A DNA stretch of 48,922 nt from an uncultured Clostridia bacterium (GTDB lineage: Bacteria > Bacillota > Clostridia > HGM11514), in assembly GCA_902478725.1 (NCBI GenBank), contig CABSMD010000001.1, positions 1 to 48,922 on the forward strand. Reading direction: 5' to 3'. The notes beneath the pieces are model-generated. The model ran no database searches, was not told where the DNA came from, and was given only the letters and a program-made list of their open reading frames with translations. Shown one piece after another: positions 9,953 to 17,325 of this stretch. Positions within the stretch are counted from its first letter, which is position 1; every line of letters begins with the position of its first letter. Both the position numbers and the translations under genes were made by a program.

Positions 9953-10945
9953 TTACGCCGAATCTCCCTTTTGTATCTCAGATGGCAGGGCTGTTTTGAC
10001 CGGCGCGGGCTTGCCGTCCGCCAAGTCAAGCGCGGCGGCCGCCGCACGCCGCCCGATCTCGCCAAAGGGCAGGCGGGCACAGGTGATGGACGGGTACAAA
10101 AACCGGATTTCAGGGTCATAATGCGCACAGGTGATGGCCAAATCCGTTCCGACCCGGATCCCCATTTCCATACACAGCTTATAGACCTCAAAGGCATAGC
10201 TCAGCTTATTCACCACCACAGCCGGATACCGTTTTCCTGCCGCCATTGTATCACTAAATCGTTTTAGTGTCAAGACCGAATCCGGATTTTTTTGAAATTC
10301 CCGCATACAGTCGCAAAATCCCCGCTGGCGCTCTGTAGCCTGGCGGGCAAGGTTTTTGTACTCCCCCTCGTCCGGCGCGACATACACCACCTCTTGATAC
10401 CCCGCCTCGAGCAGGTAACGCGTGGCCTGATAACCGCAGCTGTAAAAATCAAAATCGACACAGGGCAGGGGAGTCTGCCCGCTGCTGTTGACCAGCACGG
10501 CCGGCATGCCAAGCTCCTGCACCGCACGGACGTTTCCCGCCTCATCAAACGGGATCCCGGTACCGTTGGGGCAGATGACCACAGCCGCGTCCACCCGCCT
10601 TTGGCGGTACAGGCTGCAAAAGGCATAAGGATCATCCCTGACGGGACAAAGCACCAGCGCATAGCCTTGTTGCTCACATATTTCATAAATCCCCTCAAGG
10701 ATCTCGCCGAAAACCCCCTGCGACACACCCAGATAGCTCACGACCGCCAGCGCCATGCTCTTTTTGCTCCGCAGGGTTTTGGCAATTGCGTTGGGGGTAT
10801 ACCGCAGCTCCGTGGCGGCCCGCAATACCTTTTGGCGCGTTTCCTCCGATATGCTTTGGTTTTTGGTGTCGTTTAAAACAAAAGAGACCGTCCCGATACT
10901 TACGCCGGCCCGGTCCGCTACCTCACGTATGGTCACCCGTTTCAC
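9953..10945 (-). CDS. LacI family transcriptional regulator
   Basis: 330 aa. N-terminal HTH (MKRVTIREVADRAGVSIGTVSFVLN) followed by a periplasmic-binding-protein-like sugar-binding fold. Confidence 0.9.
   Translation of the reverse strand: MKRVTIREVADRAGVSIGTVSFVLNDTKNQSISEETRQKVLRAATELRYTPNAIAKTLRSKKSMALAVVSYLGVSQGVFGEILEGIYEICEQQGYALVLCPVRDDPYAFCSLYRQRRVDAAVVICPNGTGIPFDEAGNVRAVQELGMPAVLVNSSGQTPLPCVDFDFYSCGYQATRYLLEAGYQEVVYVAPDEGEYKNLARQATERQRGFCDCMREFQKNPDSVLTLKRFSDTMAAGKRYPAVVVNKLSYAFEVYKLCMEMGIRVGTDLAITCAHYDPEIRFLYPSITCARLPFGEIGRRAAAAALDLADGKPAPVKTALPSEIQKGDSA
10253..10268. promoter_or_regulatory. Second copy of the operator palindrome (O2), inside the lacI-family CDS
   Basis: ACTAAATCGTTTTAGT is identical to O1. 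The flanks C...G extend the palindrome to 18 bp. Centre-to-centre distance to O1 is 360 bp. Confidence 0.55.
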
Positions 10946-10957
10946 TGTAACACCCCT

Positions 10958-11932
10958 TTAGTCCAGCAATTTTTGCTTTCTGATATCCGTCCCGTCAAAT
11001 TTCAGCAGGGTGTATTCCCCCAAAATGCGCGACTGCACACGCGGCGAATACAGCTTGCCCAGATCGTTCATCGACAGGTTGGTGCTGATGACGGTGCTTT
11101 TTTTGTTCATCAGACGGGAATTAAGGATGTCAAAAAGAGCCGCGCTGGTATAGGAGGTGATAAACTCGGTGCCAAGGTCGTCGATGATCAGCACCGGCGT
11201 TTCATACAGCATTTTGATCACACGCTCCAGCGCGCTGTCGCCCTGGTATTTAAACTTGAATTCCTCCATCGAGGAAAAGATCTTATAGGCCGACTGGTAA
11301 AACACAAACTCATCCTGCTCCAGAAGTTTCTTGGCAATGCAACTGCACAGAAAGGTCTTGCCGATTCCGGCCGGGCCATACAGAAACAAATTTTTTCCCT
11401 GCCTGCATTCCTTTTTCTCCGCAAAATCCCGGCAGGTCTGGTAGATCGAACGCACATTATCGAATGGGGCAACGCCGCGGGCCGCCTTTTTAGAATAGTA
11501 ATCGAACCGGAAGCTGTCAAACGACTGCTGCTGCATGACAGGGGAGATATTGGCATACTCATAGAGGTACTTGAGACGCTTCTCTCGGTAACACCGGCAG
11601 GGTTTGGTACGGATATAGCCGGTGTCCTGACAGAGCGGACAGGTATAGATCACGGCAGTATGGTTCTCATCATATCCCGCGCCCGTCAGCAACCGCTTGC
11701 GCTCTGCAAGCAATGATTTCACCTGGCTGCGGGCGGTTTCCATTTTCCCTTTCCCACCGGAAAACAGCTCCCGCGCCATAGCGGCATTGAGCCGGACGGT
11801 TTCCTCATCGATCTGCCTGACACGGGGCAGCCGCAGGTAAACCTCCTGCAGGCGTTTCTGCCGCAGCTCCTCATTCTCCTGACGGATAGCCTGGTATTCC
11901 TGTTCAATTTTATGGTGTACGGGTATCTCCAT
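10958..11932 (-). CDS. DnaC/DnaI-like helicase-loader AAA+ ATPase
   Basis: 324 aa. Walker A motif LYGPAGIGKTF, Walker B LIIDDLG, a CPLCQDTGY zinc-ribbon-like motif, and a DnaD-domain gene immediately upstream. Confidence 0.8.
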   Translation of the reverse strand: MEIPVHHKIEQEYQAIRQENEELRQKRLQEVYLRLPRVRQIDEETVRLNAAMARELFSGGKGKMETARSQVKSLLAERKRLLTGAGYDENHTAVIYTCPLCQDTGYIRTKPCRCYREKRLKYLYEYANISPVMQQQSFDSFRFDYYSKKAARGVAPFDNVRSIYQTCRDFAEKKECRQGKNLFLYGPAGIGKTFLCSCIAKKLLEQDEFVFYQSAYKIFSSMEEFKFKYQGDSALERVIKMLYETPVLIIDDLGTEFITSYTSAALFDILNSRLMNKKSTVISTNLSMNDLGKLYSPRVQSRILGEYTLLKFDGTDIRKQKLLD

Positions 11933-11948
11933 TCCAGCGCCCCCTCTC

Positions 11949-13076
11949 TCAGCTTCCGCCGTTCATTCGTTTTTCCAGCGCGGCCTGCTCCAGCTGCGAA
12001 ATATCGTAGTCGTTCTGCTCAAAATTATTGAAACGGGTCTTCTTCGGCTGCTGCTTGCCGCTGCGGTATTCTTCCACCTCTTTGGCCGCATCCGCCGCAG
12101 TGGCGACCCCTTTTTTCTCCCAATTGGCAAGGACTGTGTCCATATAAGGGAAGGAAATCTTTCCGATATTTAAAATCATCTGCTCATAGGCAACCTGAAT
12201 GACCGAAAAATCAAATTTCCCGGCCCATCCGTCCAGATATTGCTGCTCCCGTTCGGTCAGGGCACGGTCCTGCCCACTCATCTGCATAAACTGCGCGGCG
12301 CGCTGCTTTTGCTGCTCTTTCTTTTGAAAAAAGTCCTCCGCCGCCTCGACCGACAAGATTCCCTGGTCCGCCCAGGAGACCGCAACCCTCTCGATATAGC
12401 GCAGGTTCAGCTTGCCAAGCGAATCGCAGTACTCAAACAGCATCACGATTACCTCGACCGGCAACTTCAACCAGTCATACAGGGAATACAGGGTACGGAT
12501 TTCGGAATTGCTCAGAATGTTCCCCATCTTCTGCTCGGCATAGGTATAAAGCTCCTTAAGCTCAGGGTTTCTTTGCAGGGTATCGTTGATCTGCGCGGGG
12601 GAGTAGGCGGGCCGTTTTTTCCCCTTCTCCTGCGCGCCGGCCGCCTCCTGGATTTGCCTGTCCGCCGGCGGCGCGGGTTCAGCCGCCCCGGGTGTCATAG
12701 ACATCCCATCCGGCATAGAATCCCCGTCCGTCAATGGAGGTACGCCGGCTATGCCAACCTTCTCCGGCTCCCTGCTCTTTGCCTGTATGCCCGTAAGAGG
12801 CAAAAACACGACCTCGATCCCGTCCCCCTGCCCAAGCAGCGACACGGCACCGGCCTCCTGCCAGTACTTCCAGGCATTTATCACATCCGACTCCAGTATG
12901 CCCAAAATCCGGGCGATCTCCCCGTTTGTGACCGCGCGGGCGGTTTCACAGCAATGCAGGGCATACAAATAGACCTTCACAAAGGTCGCGTTCGCGGCCG
13001 GAAGGTATTCCTCTATAAAAACATTGGAAACGCAAGTCACGCCTCCCTGCGCATTATGTAGTTTCATCGCCGACAT
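11949..13076 (-). CDS. DnaD-domain replication initiation protein (DnaB/DnaD-like)
   Basis: I place the start at MSAMKLHNAQ (ATG 13076, with an AGGAGG RBS). A winged-helix-like N-terminus, an Ala/Pro-rich linker and a C-terminal DnaD-type repeat (YIERVAVSWADQGI, YMDTVLANWEKKGV). Confidence 0.75.
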   Translation of the reverse strand: MSAMKLHNAQGGVTCVSNVFIEEYLPAANATFVKVYLYALHCCETARAVTNGEIARILGILESDVINAWKYWQEAGAVSLLGQGDGIEVVFLPLTGIQAKSREPEKVGIAGVPPLTDGDSMPDGMSMTPGAAEPAPPADRQIQEAAGAQEKGKKRPAYSPAQINDTLQRNPELKELYTYAEQKMGNILSNSEIRTLYSLYDWLKLPVEVIVMLFEYCDSLGKLNLRYIERVAVSWADQGILSVEAAEDFFQKKEQQKQRAAQFMQMSGQDRALTEREQQYLDGWAGKFDFSVIQVAYEQMILNIGKISFPYMDTVLANWEKKGVATAADAAKEVEEYRSGKQQPKKTRFNNFEQNDYDISQLEQAALEKRMNGGS

Positions 13077-13095
13077 GGTTGCCTCCTGACTCGAT

Positions 13096-14118
13096 TTACA
13101 GGCCGTCCACAAACTGGTTATAGCCCTTTTTATCCACCGGTACGCTGATCTCACCGCTTATGATTCTGTCCCGCACCGCCTCAGCCTGCTTTTGAAGCTT
13201 GCTGTCATCCGCCGGGAAAGCCAGCTTAATCCCCCCGTCGGACAAGCCGAAGTGGATATTATTCACACGTTTTCCGCTTAAATAGTCCTTCATGACGGTA
13301 TACACCACATTGTCCACCCGGTTGGCCACCGTCATCAGCACAGCCGGCTGGTCCTTATACAGCTTTGTACTGATGAACTTCGCCCCCGCGTCAGACGTGG
13401 CTTTTAAGACCAACGGGTCGGCATTGACCGCCATGGAAAACACAACGTCCGCCCCATCCTGACAGAGCTCGCTCGTAATCTGATAGGCCTTATCACTGCC
13501 TGCCTTAATGGTATCCTCCAGCACCTTTATCTCACCCTTGCCCGCTTCCTTGCCTCCCAGCACCGCACCGGCCTTGAAGGCGTACAGGCAATCCTTATCC
13601 TCCTTATCGCCGCCTATGAAGCCCACCGTGCCGCTATTGCCCGCAGCCGCGGCTGTGTAGCCGGCAACAAAGGCTCCCTCCGGCTCGCGGAACAGCACGC
13701 CGGTCACGTTGGGATATTTGTCCGGGTCGGGATTGCGCATTCCAACCACGGCATAGCCGATCCCGGGATGCTTGCGGCTGCTGTCCAACAGTTCGTCCAG
13801 CGCGGGTGTTTCACTCATCCAGATAAAGTTGTGCTCATCCTTATAGCAGCTGTCAAACGCCTTTTGGTATCCCTTTTTATCGGTTTCCTCCGGAATGACG
13901 TAGCTTGAGACGACGCCAAGCTCATCCTGCACACGCACCAGCGCATTCCAGATGGCGGTGTCGTTCTCATTGTCATTGACGTCCTCCCCGTTTGTCACCA
14001 GTGCCGCCCGAATGCTCTCGGTATTCAGGTTATCCGACCGGACCTGCGGCGCCGATTTGCCACAGGATACCGTCAAAAGCAACAGGCAGACGGACAGGAT
14101 CAAACATCTCAATTTCAT
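13096..14118 (-). CDS. BMP-family (PnrA/Med-like) substrate-binding lipoprotein
   Basis: 340 aa. Lipobox LLLTVSCG. The overall pattern recalls BMP family ABC-type binding proteins. No permease or ATPase genes are adjacent. Confidence 0.8.
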   Translation of the reverse strand: MKLRCLILSVCLLLLTVSCGKSAPQVRSDNLNTESIRAALVTNGEDVNDNENDTAIWNALVRVQDELGVVSSYVIPEETDKKGYQKAFDSCYKDEHNFIWMSETPALDELLDSSRKHPGIGYAVVGMRNPDPDKYPNVTGVLFREPEGAFVAGYTAAAAGNSGTVGFIGGDKEDKDCLYAFKAGAVLGGKEAGKGEIKVLEDTIKAGSDKAYQITSELCQDGADVVFSMAVNADPLVLKATSDAGAKFISTKLYKDQPAVLMTVANRVDNVVYTVMKDYLSGKRVNNIHFGLSDGGIKLAFPADDSKLQKQAEAVRDRIISGEISVPVDKKGYNQFVDGL

Positions 14119-14149
14119 TGGGGTTGCTCCTCACAATTTGGTATGGGTT

Positions 14150-14217
14150 AAAAAGCCTATGGCTTTTTCAGCGTGTCGATAAAGTCGACACGCTCAAAAA
14201 AATGCAAGCATTTTTTT
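14150..14217 (-). terminator. Three consecutive hairpins between the RNA candidate and the BMP RBS (possible attenuator or expression platform)
   Basis: On the minus strand: A7-UGCUUGCA-U7 palindrome (14196-14217), a GC-rich 10-bp stem AGCGUGUCGA/UCGACACGCU (14170-14194), and AAAAAGCC-AUA-GGCUUUUU (14150-14168). Confidence 0.4.
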
Positions 14218-14221
14218 GAAA

Positions 14222-14403
14222 ACTGGTCGTAGAAAGCGCCGCTGATTCAACTATGCAGAAAGTCTATGAAGCCTTGAATCAACGGACTTTCCGGCCCGCT
14301 TCGGCGGAATGAATCCGCCTGCTCGAACGGCATGGAAACTCTTCGTTTCCATACCTTCCGCTGATAGAAGTGGGCTTTTCGACAGTCTGTTTTTTCCTCT
14401 GTC
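14222..14403 (-). ncRNA. Candidate structured RNA (unclassified leader/riboswitch or sRNA), about 180 nt
   Basis: Lies immediately downstream of a TTGCAA / TGcTATAAT promoter. A closing helix between 14386-14372 and 14240-14222 encloses four hairpins. G-U wobbles occur only in the minus-strand reading. Confidence 0.45.
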
Positions 14404-14404
14404 G

Positions 14405-14453
14405 TGTTTATTATAGCATATTCTTATCCATTTGCAAACCCATTCTGAAAAAT
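14405..14453 (-). promoter_or_regulatory. Extended -10 promoter module, copy A (TTGCAA, 16 nt spacer, TGcTATAAT)
   Basis: The -35 is at 14432-14437 and the -10 at 14410-14415 (reverse complement TATAAT), with TG at -15/-14. 45 of 49 nt are identical to 17221-17269. Confidence 0.65.
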
Positions 14454-14512
14454 CTCCATGGAGGGATGCATCAGGAGGCCGGATATGTTATACTATAAGA
14501 CAGGTGAGAAGG

Positions 14513-15352
14513 ATGAAAACAAATTCTGAAATCATAAACTTTGCCGGGGAGCTGGGTCTTTCCTGCTGCGGCTTTGCCGCATGGGAGGGGAGGCGTGCGT
14601 TTGTCTGCCTGTTCCCTTATTATACCGGAGAGCTGCCGCCCTTTCCCATGGCGCGCTACGCGCGGATCCCGGACTATCACAGGGTGGCGAAGGGCTATTT
14701 ACAAAAAATCGCGGATTTTACCGGGGAGGATTGCCAGATCTTTGCGGATTCCGGCCAACTGCCGGAACGACGGCTGGCGTATCTGGCGGGTCTTGGATGG
14801 ATTGGGAAAAATGCCTGCCTGATTCACCCTGTCTATGGCTCCTATGTCTTTATCGGCGTACTGCTGTTGGACTGTTTGGACACGACGGTCGATCCGTCTG
14901 ACGCCGGAAGGGAGGATGGCGCGGCGGAGCGTTTGACCACAGCGTGTATCCCGGATGGGTGCGGGGACTGCACGGCCTGCATCCGGGCCTGTCCCGGCGG
15001 GGCTTTGTCGCCGATGGATTTTTCACGCTGCATTTCCCACCTGACCCAAAAAAAAGAGCTTTCCGGGGAAGAGGAGGAACTGGTGCGGCGGGCGGGCTCT
15101 GTCTGGGGCTGTGATGTATGCCAGGCGGTTTGTCCCAAAAACAAGGGGATTCCAAAAACGTCGATTCGGGAATTTTATGGGCTTACGCTGACCTCTTTTG
15201 AGGGGATCGAAGCGTTGTCGAACCGGGGGTTTTTGAAAAAATACAAGGAGTATCCGTTTACGTGGCGGGGAAGGGGTCCGCTGGTGCGCAACAGTAAGTT
15301 GACCGGACTATATTTCCCGGGAAATAAACAAGATGGAGGTAAGCAAAAATGA
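14513..15352 (+). CDS. queG: Epoxyqueuosine reductase
   Basis: Start at MKTNSEIINFAGELGL. Motifs LAYLAGLGWIGKN, CGDCTACIRACP and WGCDVCQAVCP fit QueG. Confidence 0.8.
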   Translation: MKTNSEIINFAGELGLSCCGFAAWEGRRAFVCLFPYYTGELPPFPMARYARIPDYHRVAKGYLQKIADFTGEDCQIFADSGQLPERRLAYLAGLGWIGKNACLIHPVYGSYVFIGVLLLDCLDTTVDPSDAGREDGAAERLTTACIPDGCGDCTACIRACPGGALSPMDFSRCISHLTQKKELSGEEEELVRRAGSVWGCDVCQAVCPKNKGIPKTSIREFYGLTLTSFEGIEALSNRGFLKKYKEYPFTWRGRGPLVRNSKLTGLYFPGNKQDGGKQK

Positions 15353-16017
15353 CGGGCGTTTTATTGATCCATGGTTTTGCCGGCGCGCGCTACGAGGTGA
15401 GTCCACTGTACGATTTTTTTAAAGTTCGAGGGTATCCGGTGGCCATGCCGCTGTTGGCGGGGCACGAGGGCACCAAGGCGGATCTGGCGAAATCCACCTA
15501 CCAGCAATGGATTGCCTCGGCTGACGAGGCCTATTGCGGCCTGCGGAAAGAGTGCGACGAGGTTGCGGTGATCGGATTTTCGATGGGTGGGCTGATCGCC
15601 ACCCAGCTTTACCAAAAATACCGTTACCACTCACTGGTCACGGTCAACACGCCGGTGTATTACTGGAATCTGATCAAGATTATGGAGAACCTCAAAAGCG
15701 ATTTCAGGGTCTATGCCAAAAAATATTTCAACTCCGGCACCGACAAGCCGGTTTCCGCTCTGGTGGAGTTTGAAAAAATACTGAAAAAAACAAAGCCGCT
15801 GTTTCGGCTGATTGACTGCCCCCTGCTGGTGGTGCAGACGCAGGACGACGACGTGGTCAAGCCGAAAAGCGGCGGGTATATCTTTCAAAACGCAACCGGA
15901 TATAAGGAAATGCTGCGTGTGGAACGGGGCGGACATATCGTGCTGCCGACGGACTCGTTCCCGCAGATCGCCGGCGCCGTGCTCGACTTTCTCAAGCGCA
16001 CGGGGGAAGAAGGATAG
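15349..16017 (+). CDS. Alpha/beta hydrolase (carboxylesterase-like)
   Basis: 222 aa. HGF oxyanion motif, GFSMGG nucleophile elbow, and a late D...H pair. ATGA overlap with the queG stop. Confidence 0.8.
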   Translation: MTGVLLIHGFAGARYEVSPLYDFFKVRGYPVAMPLLAGHEGTKADLAKSTYQQWIASADEAYCGLRKECDEVAVIGFSMGGLIATQLYQKYRYHSLVTVNTPVYYWNLIKIMENLKSDFRVYAKKYFNSGTDKPVSALVEFEKILKKTKPLFRLIDCPLLVVQTQDDDVVKPKSGGYIFQNATGYKEMLRVERGGHIVLPTDSFPQIAGAVLDFLKRTGEEG

Positions 16018-16056
16018 GGCCGCACCGGGGAAAAGCCGGATTCCCGCCGGGCCGAT

Positions 16057-17091
16057 TCAGCCGTCCCGGCCCCGGCGGGGCAGGGGAGCAAGCGAGGAAA
16101 CCTGCTCTATGGAAGGCATGGACGCCATCCCGCCCCGTTTTGTGGCAGCCAGCGCCCCAACGGCGTTGGCAAAGCGGATGATATCCTCCAATTCTCCGCG
16201 GCTGAGGACGGACAACGGCTTGTCATATTGCAAAAAGGCATACAGGAAGCCGCCGAAAAAACCGTCCCCCGCGCCGGTGGCGTCTACGGCGTGAACCGGA
16301 AACGACGGTACGCCGCCCGTCTCTTCCCCACGGCGGTAGAAGCAGCCGTCTTTGCCCAAGGTTACTAACACAAACTGTGCCGCGCCCTGCTTTGACACCG
16401 GCTGCTTACTCTGCGCCGGTATAGGCGGGTGCTCTTGTGGCTGCCGGCCGCTTAGCTCCATTAAAAGCCGGCTGCCCTGCTCCAAATCTTTGCTCCCGGT
16501 TAAGAAAAACAGTTCCTCCCCCGACACCTTGACGATATCAGCACAAGAAAGGCCGAACAGCATCTGTTCCTTCGCTGTCTCCAGGCTGTCCCACAGAGAG
16601 GGGCGCAGGTTGGGGTCGAAGGAGATGGGGATCGCTTTTTTCCTGGCGTACGCAAGCAGCTTTTTTGTCGCAGACCGCGCCGGTTCGGCGGTCATGGTCA
16701 GGGAACCGAAATGGAACAGTTTTGTTTGATCCAAAAGGCGCAGGGGAAGCTCCTCCGGCGACAATTTCACGTCCGCCGTGTCTTGGCGGTAAAAGCTGAA
16801 ATCCCGCTCCCCATCCGGCGCAAGGTGGACGAACGCAAGCGTTGTCGGGTCATCCGACTGCAAAAGCCCGCTGGTATCGATCCGAAAATCCTCCAGCATT
16901 TTTTTTAAAAAACGGCCGAACGCGTCCTGTCCCACCTTGCCGATGAAGGCGCCCTTCCCGCCCAGGCGGGACACCGCCGCCAGAAGGTTGGGCGGCGCAC
17001 CGCCTGCATTTTGCTCAAACGCGGTCTTTCCATCCTTTTCAAACGGGGTAAAATCGATCAGCAGCTCACCGACTGCAACAACGTCAAACAT
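16057..17091 (-). CDS. PfkB-family sugar kinase (fructokinase-like)
   Basis: Start at MFDVVAVGELLIDF (ATG 17091, with an AAGGAGG RBS). NAGGAPPN and DATGAGDGF motifs. Carries a Pro/Gln-rich insert near aa 216-238. Confidence 0.85.
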   Translation of the reverse strand: MFDVVAVGELLIDFTPFEKDGKTAFEQNAGGAPPNLLAAVSRLGGKGAFIGKVGQDAFGRFLKKMLEDFRIDTSGLLQSDDPTTLAFVHLAPDGERDFSFYRQDTADVKLSPEELPLRLLDQTKLFHFGSLTMTAEPARSATKKLLAYARKKAIPISFDPNLRPSLWDSLETAKEQMLFGLSCADIVKVSGEELFFLTGSKDLEQGSRLLMELSGRQPQEHPPIPAQSKQPVSKQGAAQFVLVTLGKDGCFYRRGEETGGVPSFPVHAVDATGAGDGFFGGFLYAFLQYDKPLSVLSRGELEDIIRFANAVGALAATKRGGMASMPSIEQVSSLAPLPRRGRDG

Positions 17092-17220
17092 GGGTATTGC
17101 CTCCTTTTGGCCAATATTCTTTCCGGAAACCACCGGTTCCATTCAGACAGGCAAGAGTTTTGCGAAGCAAAATCTCCACCGGCAGGGTTTGCGTCAGCAA
17201 ATCCCGAGAGGTACATACTA

Positions 17221-17269
17221 TGTTTATTCTAGCATATCCGTTTCCATTTGCAAACCCATTCTGAAAAAT
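17221..17269 (-). promoter_or_regulatory. Extended -10 promoter module, copy B (TTGCAA, 16 nt spacer, TGcTAGAAT), upstream of the kinase
   Basis: The -35 is at 17248-17253 and the -10 at 17226-17231. 45 of 49 nt are identical to 14405-14453. Confidence 0.6.
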
Positions 17270-17325
17270 ATCGGCAGGAGACGAGGCGATACACCCACTG
17301 TAAGACTGGCGGGCAGGGGACAGGC

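Noticed and set aside
10958-11932. IstB-like ATPase as part of an IS21-type mobile element
   Set aside because: I saw no IstA transposase and no terminal inverted repeats. The gene is paired with a DnaD-domain gene in the arrangement typical of the Firmicutes dnaB/dnaI replication operon.
14222-14403. Possible identity of the structured RNA as 6S RNA, RNase P RNA or SRP RNA
   Set aside because: The 5'/3' closing helix and the length resemble 6S RNA, but the interior is four separate hairpins rather than one long interrupted helix with a central bubble. The GGAAAGUCCG string resembles the RNase P P4 motif, but the element is less than half the size of RNase P RNA. I found no SRP helix-8 motif. 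None of these can be excluded without a covariance-model search, so it is reported as unclassified.
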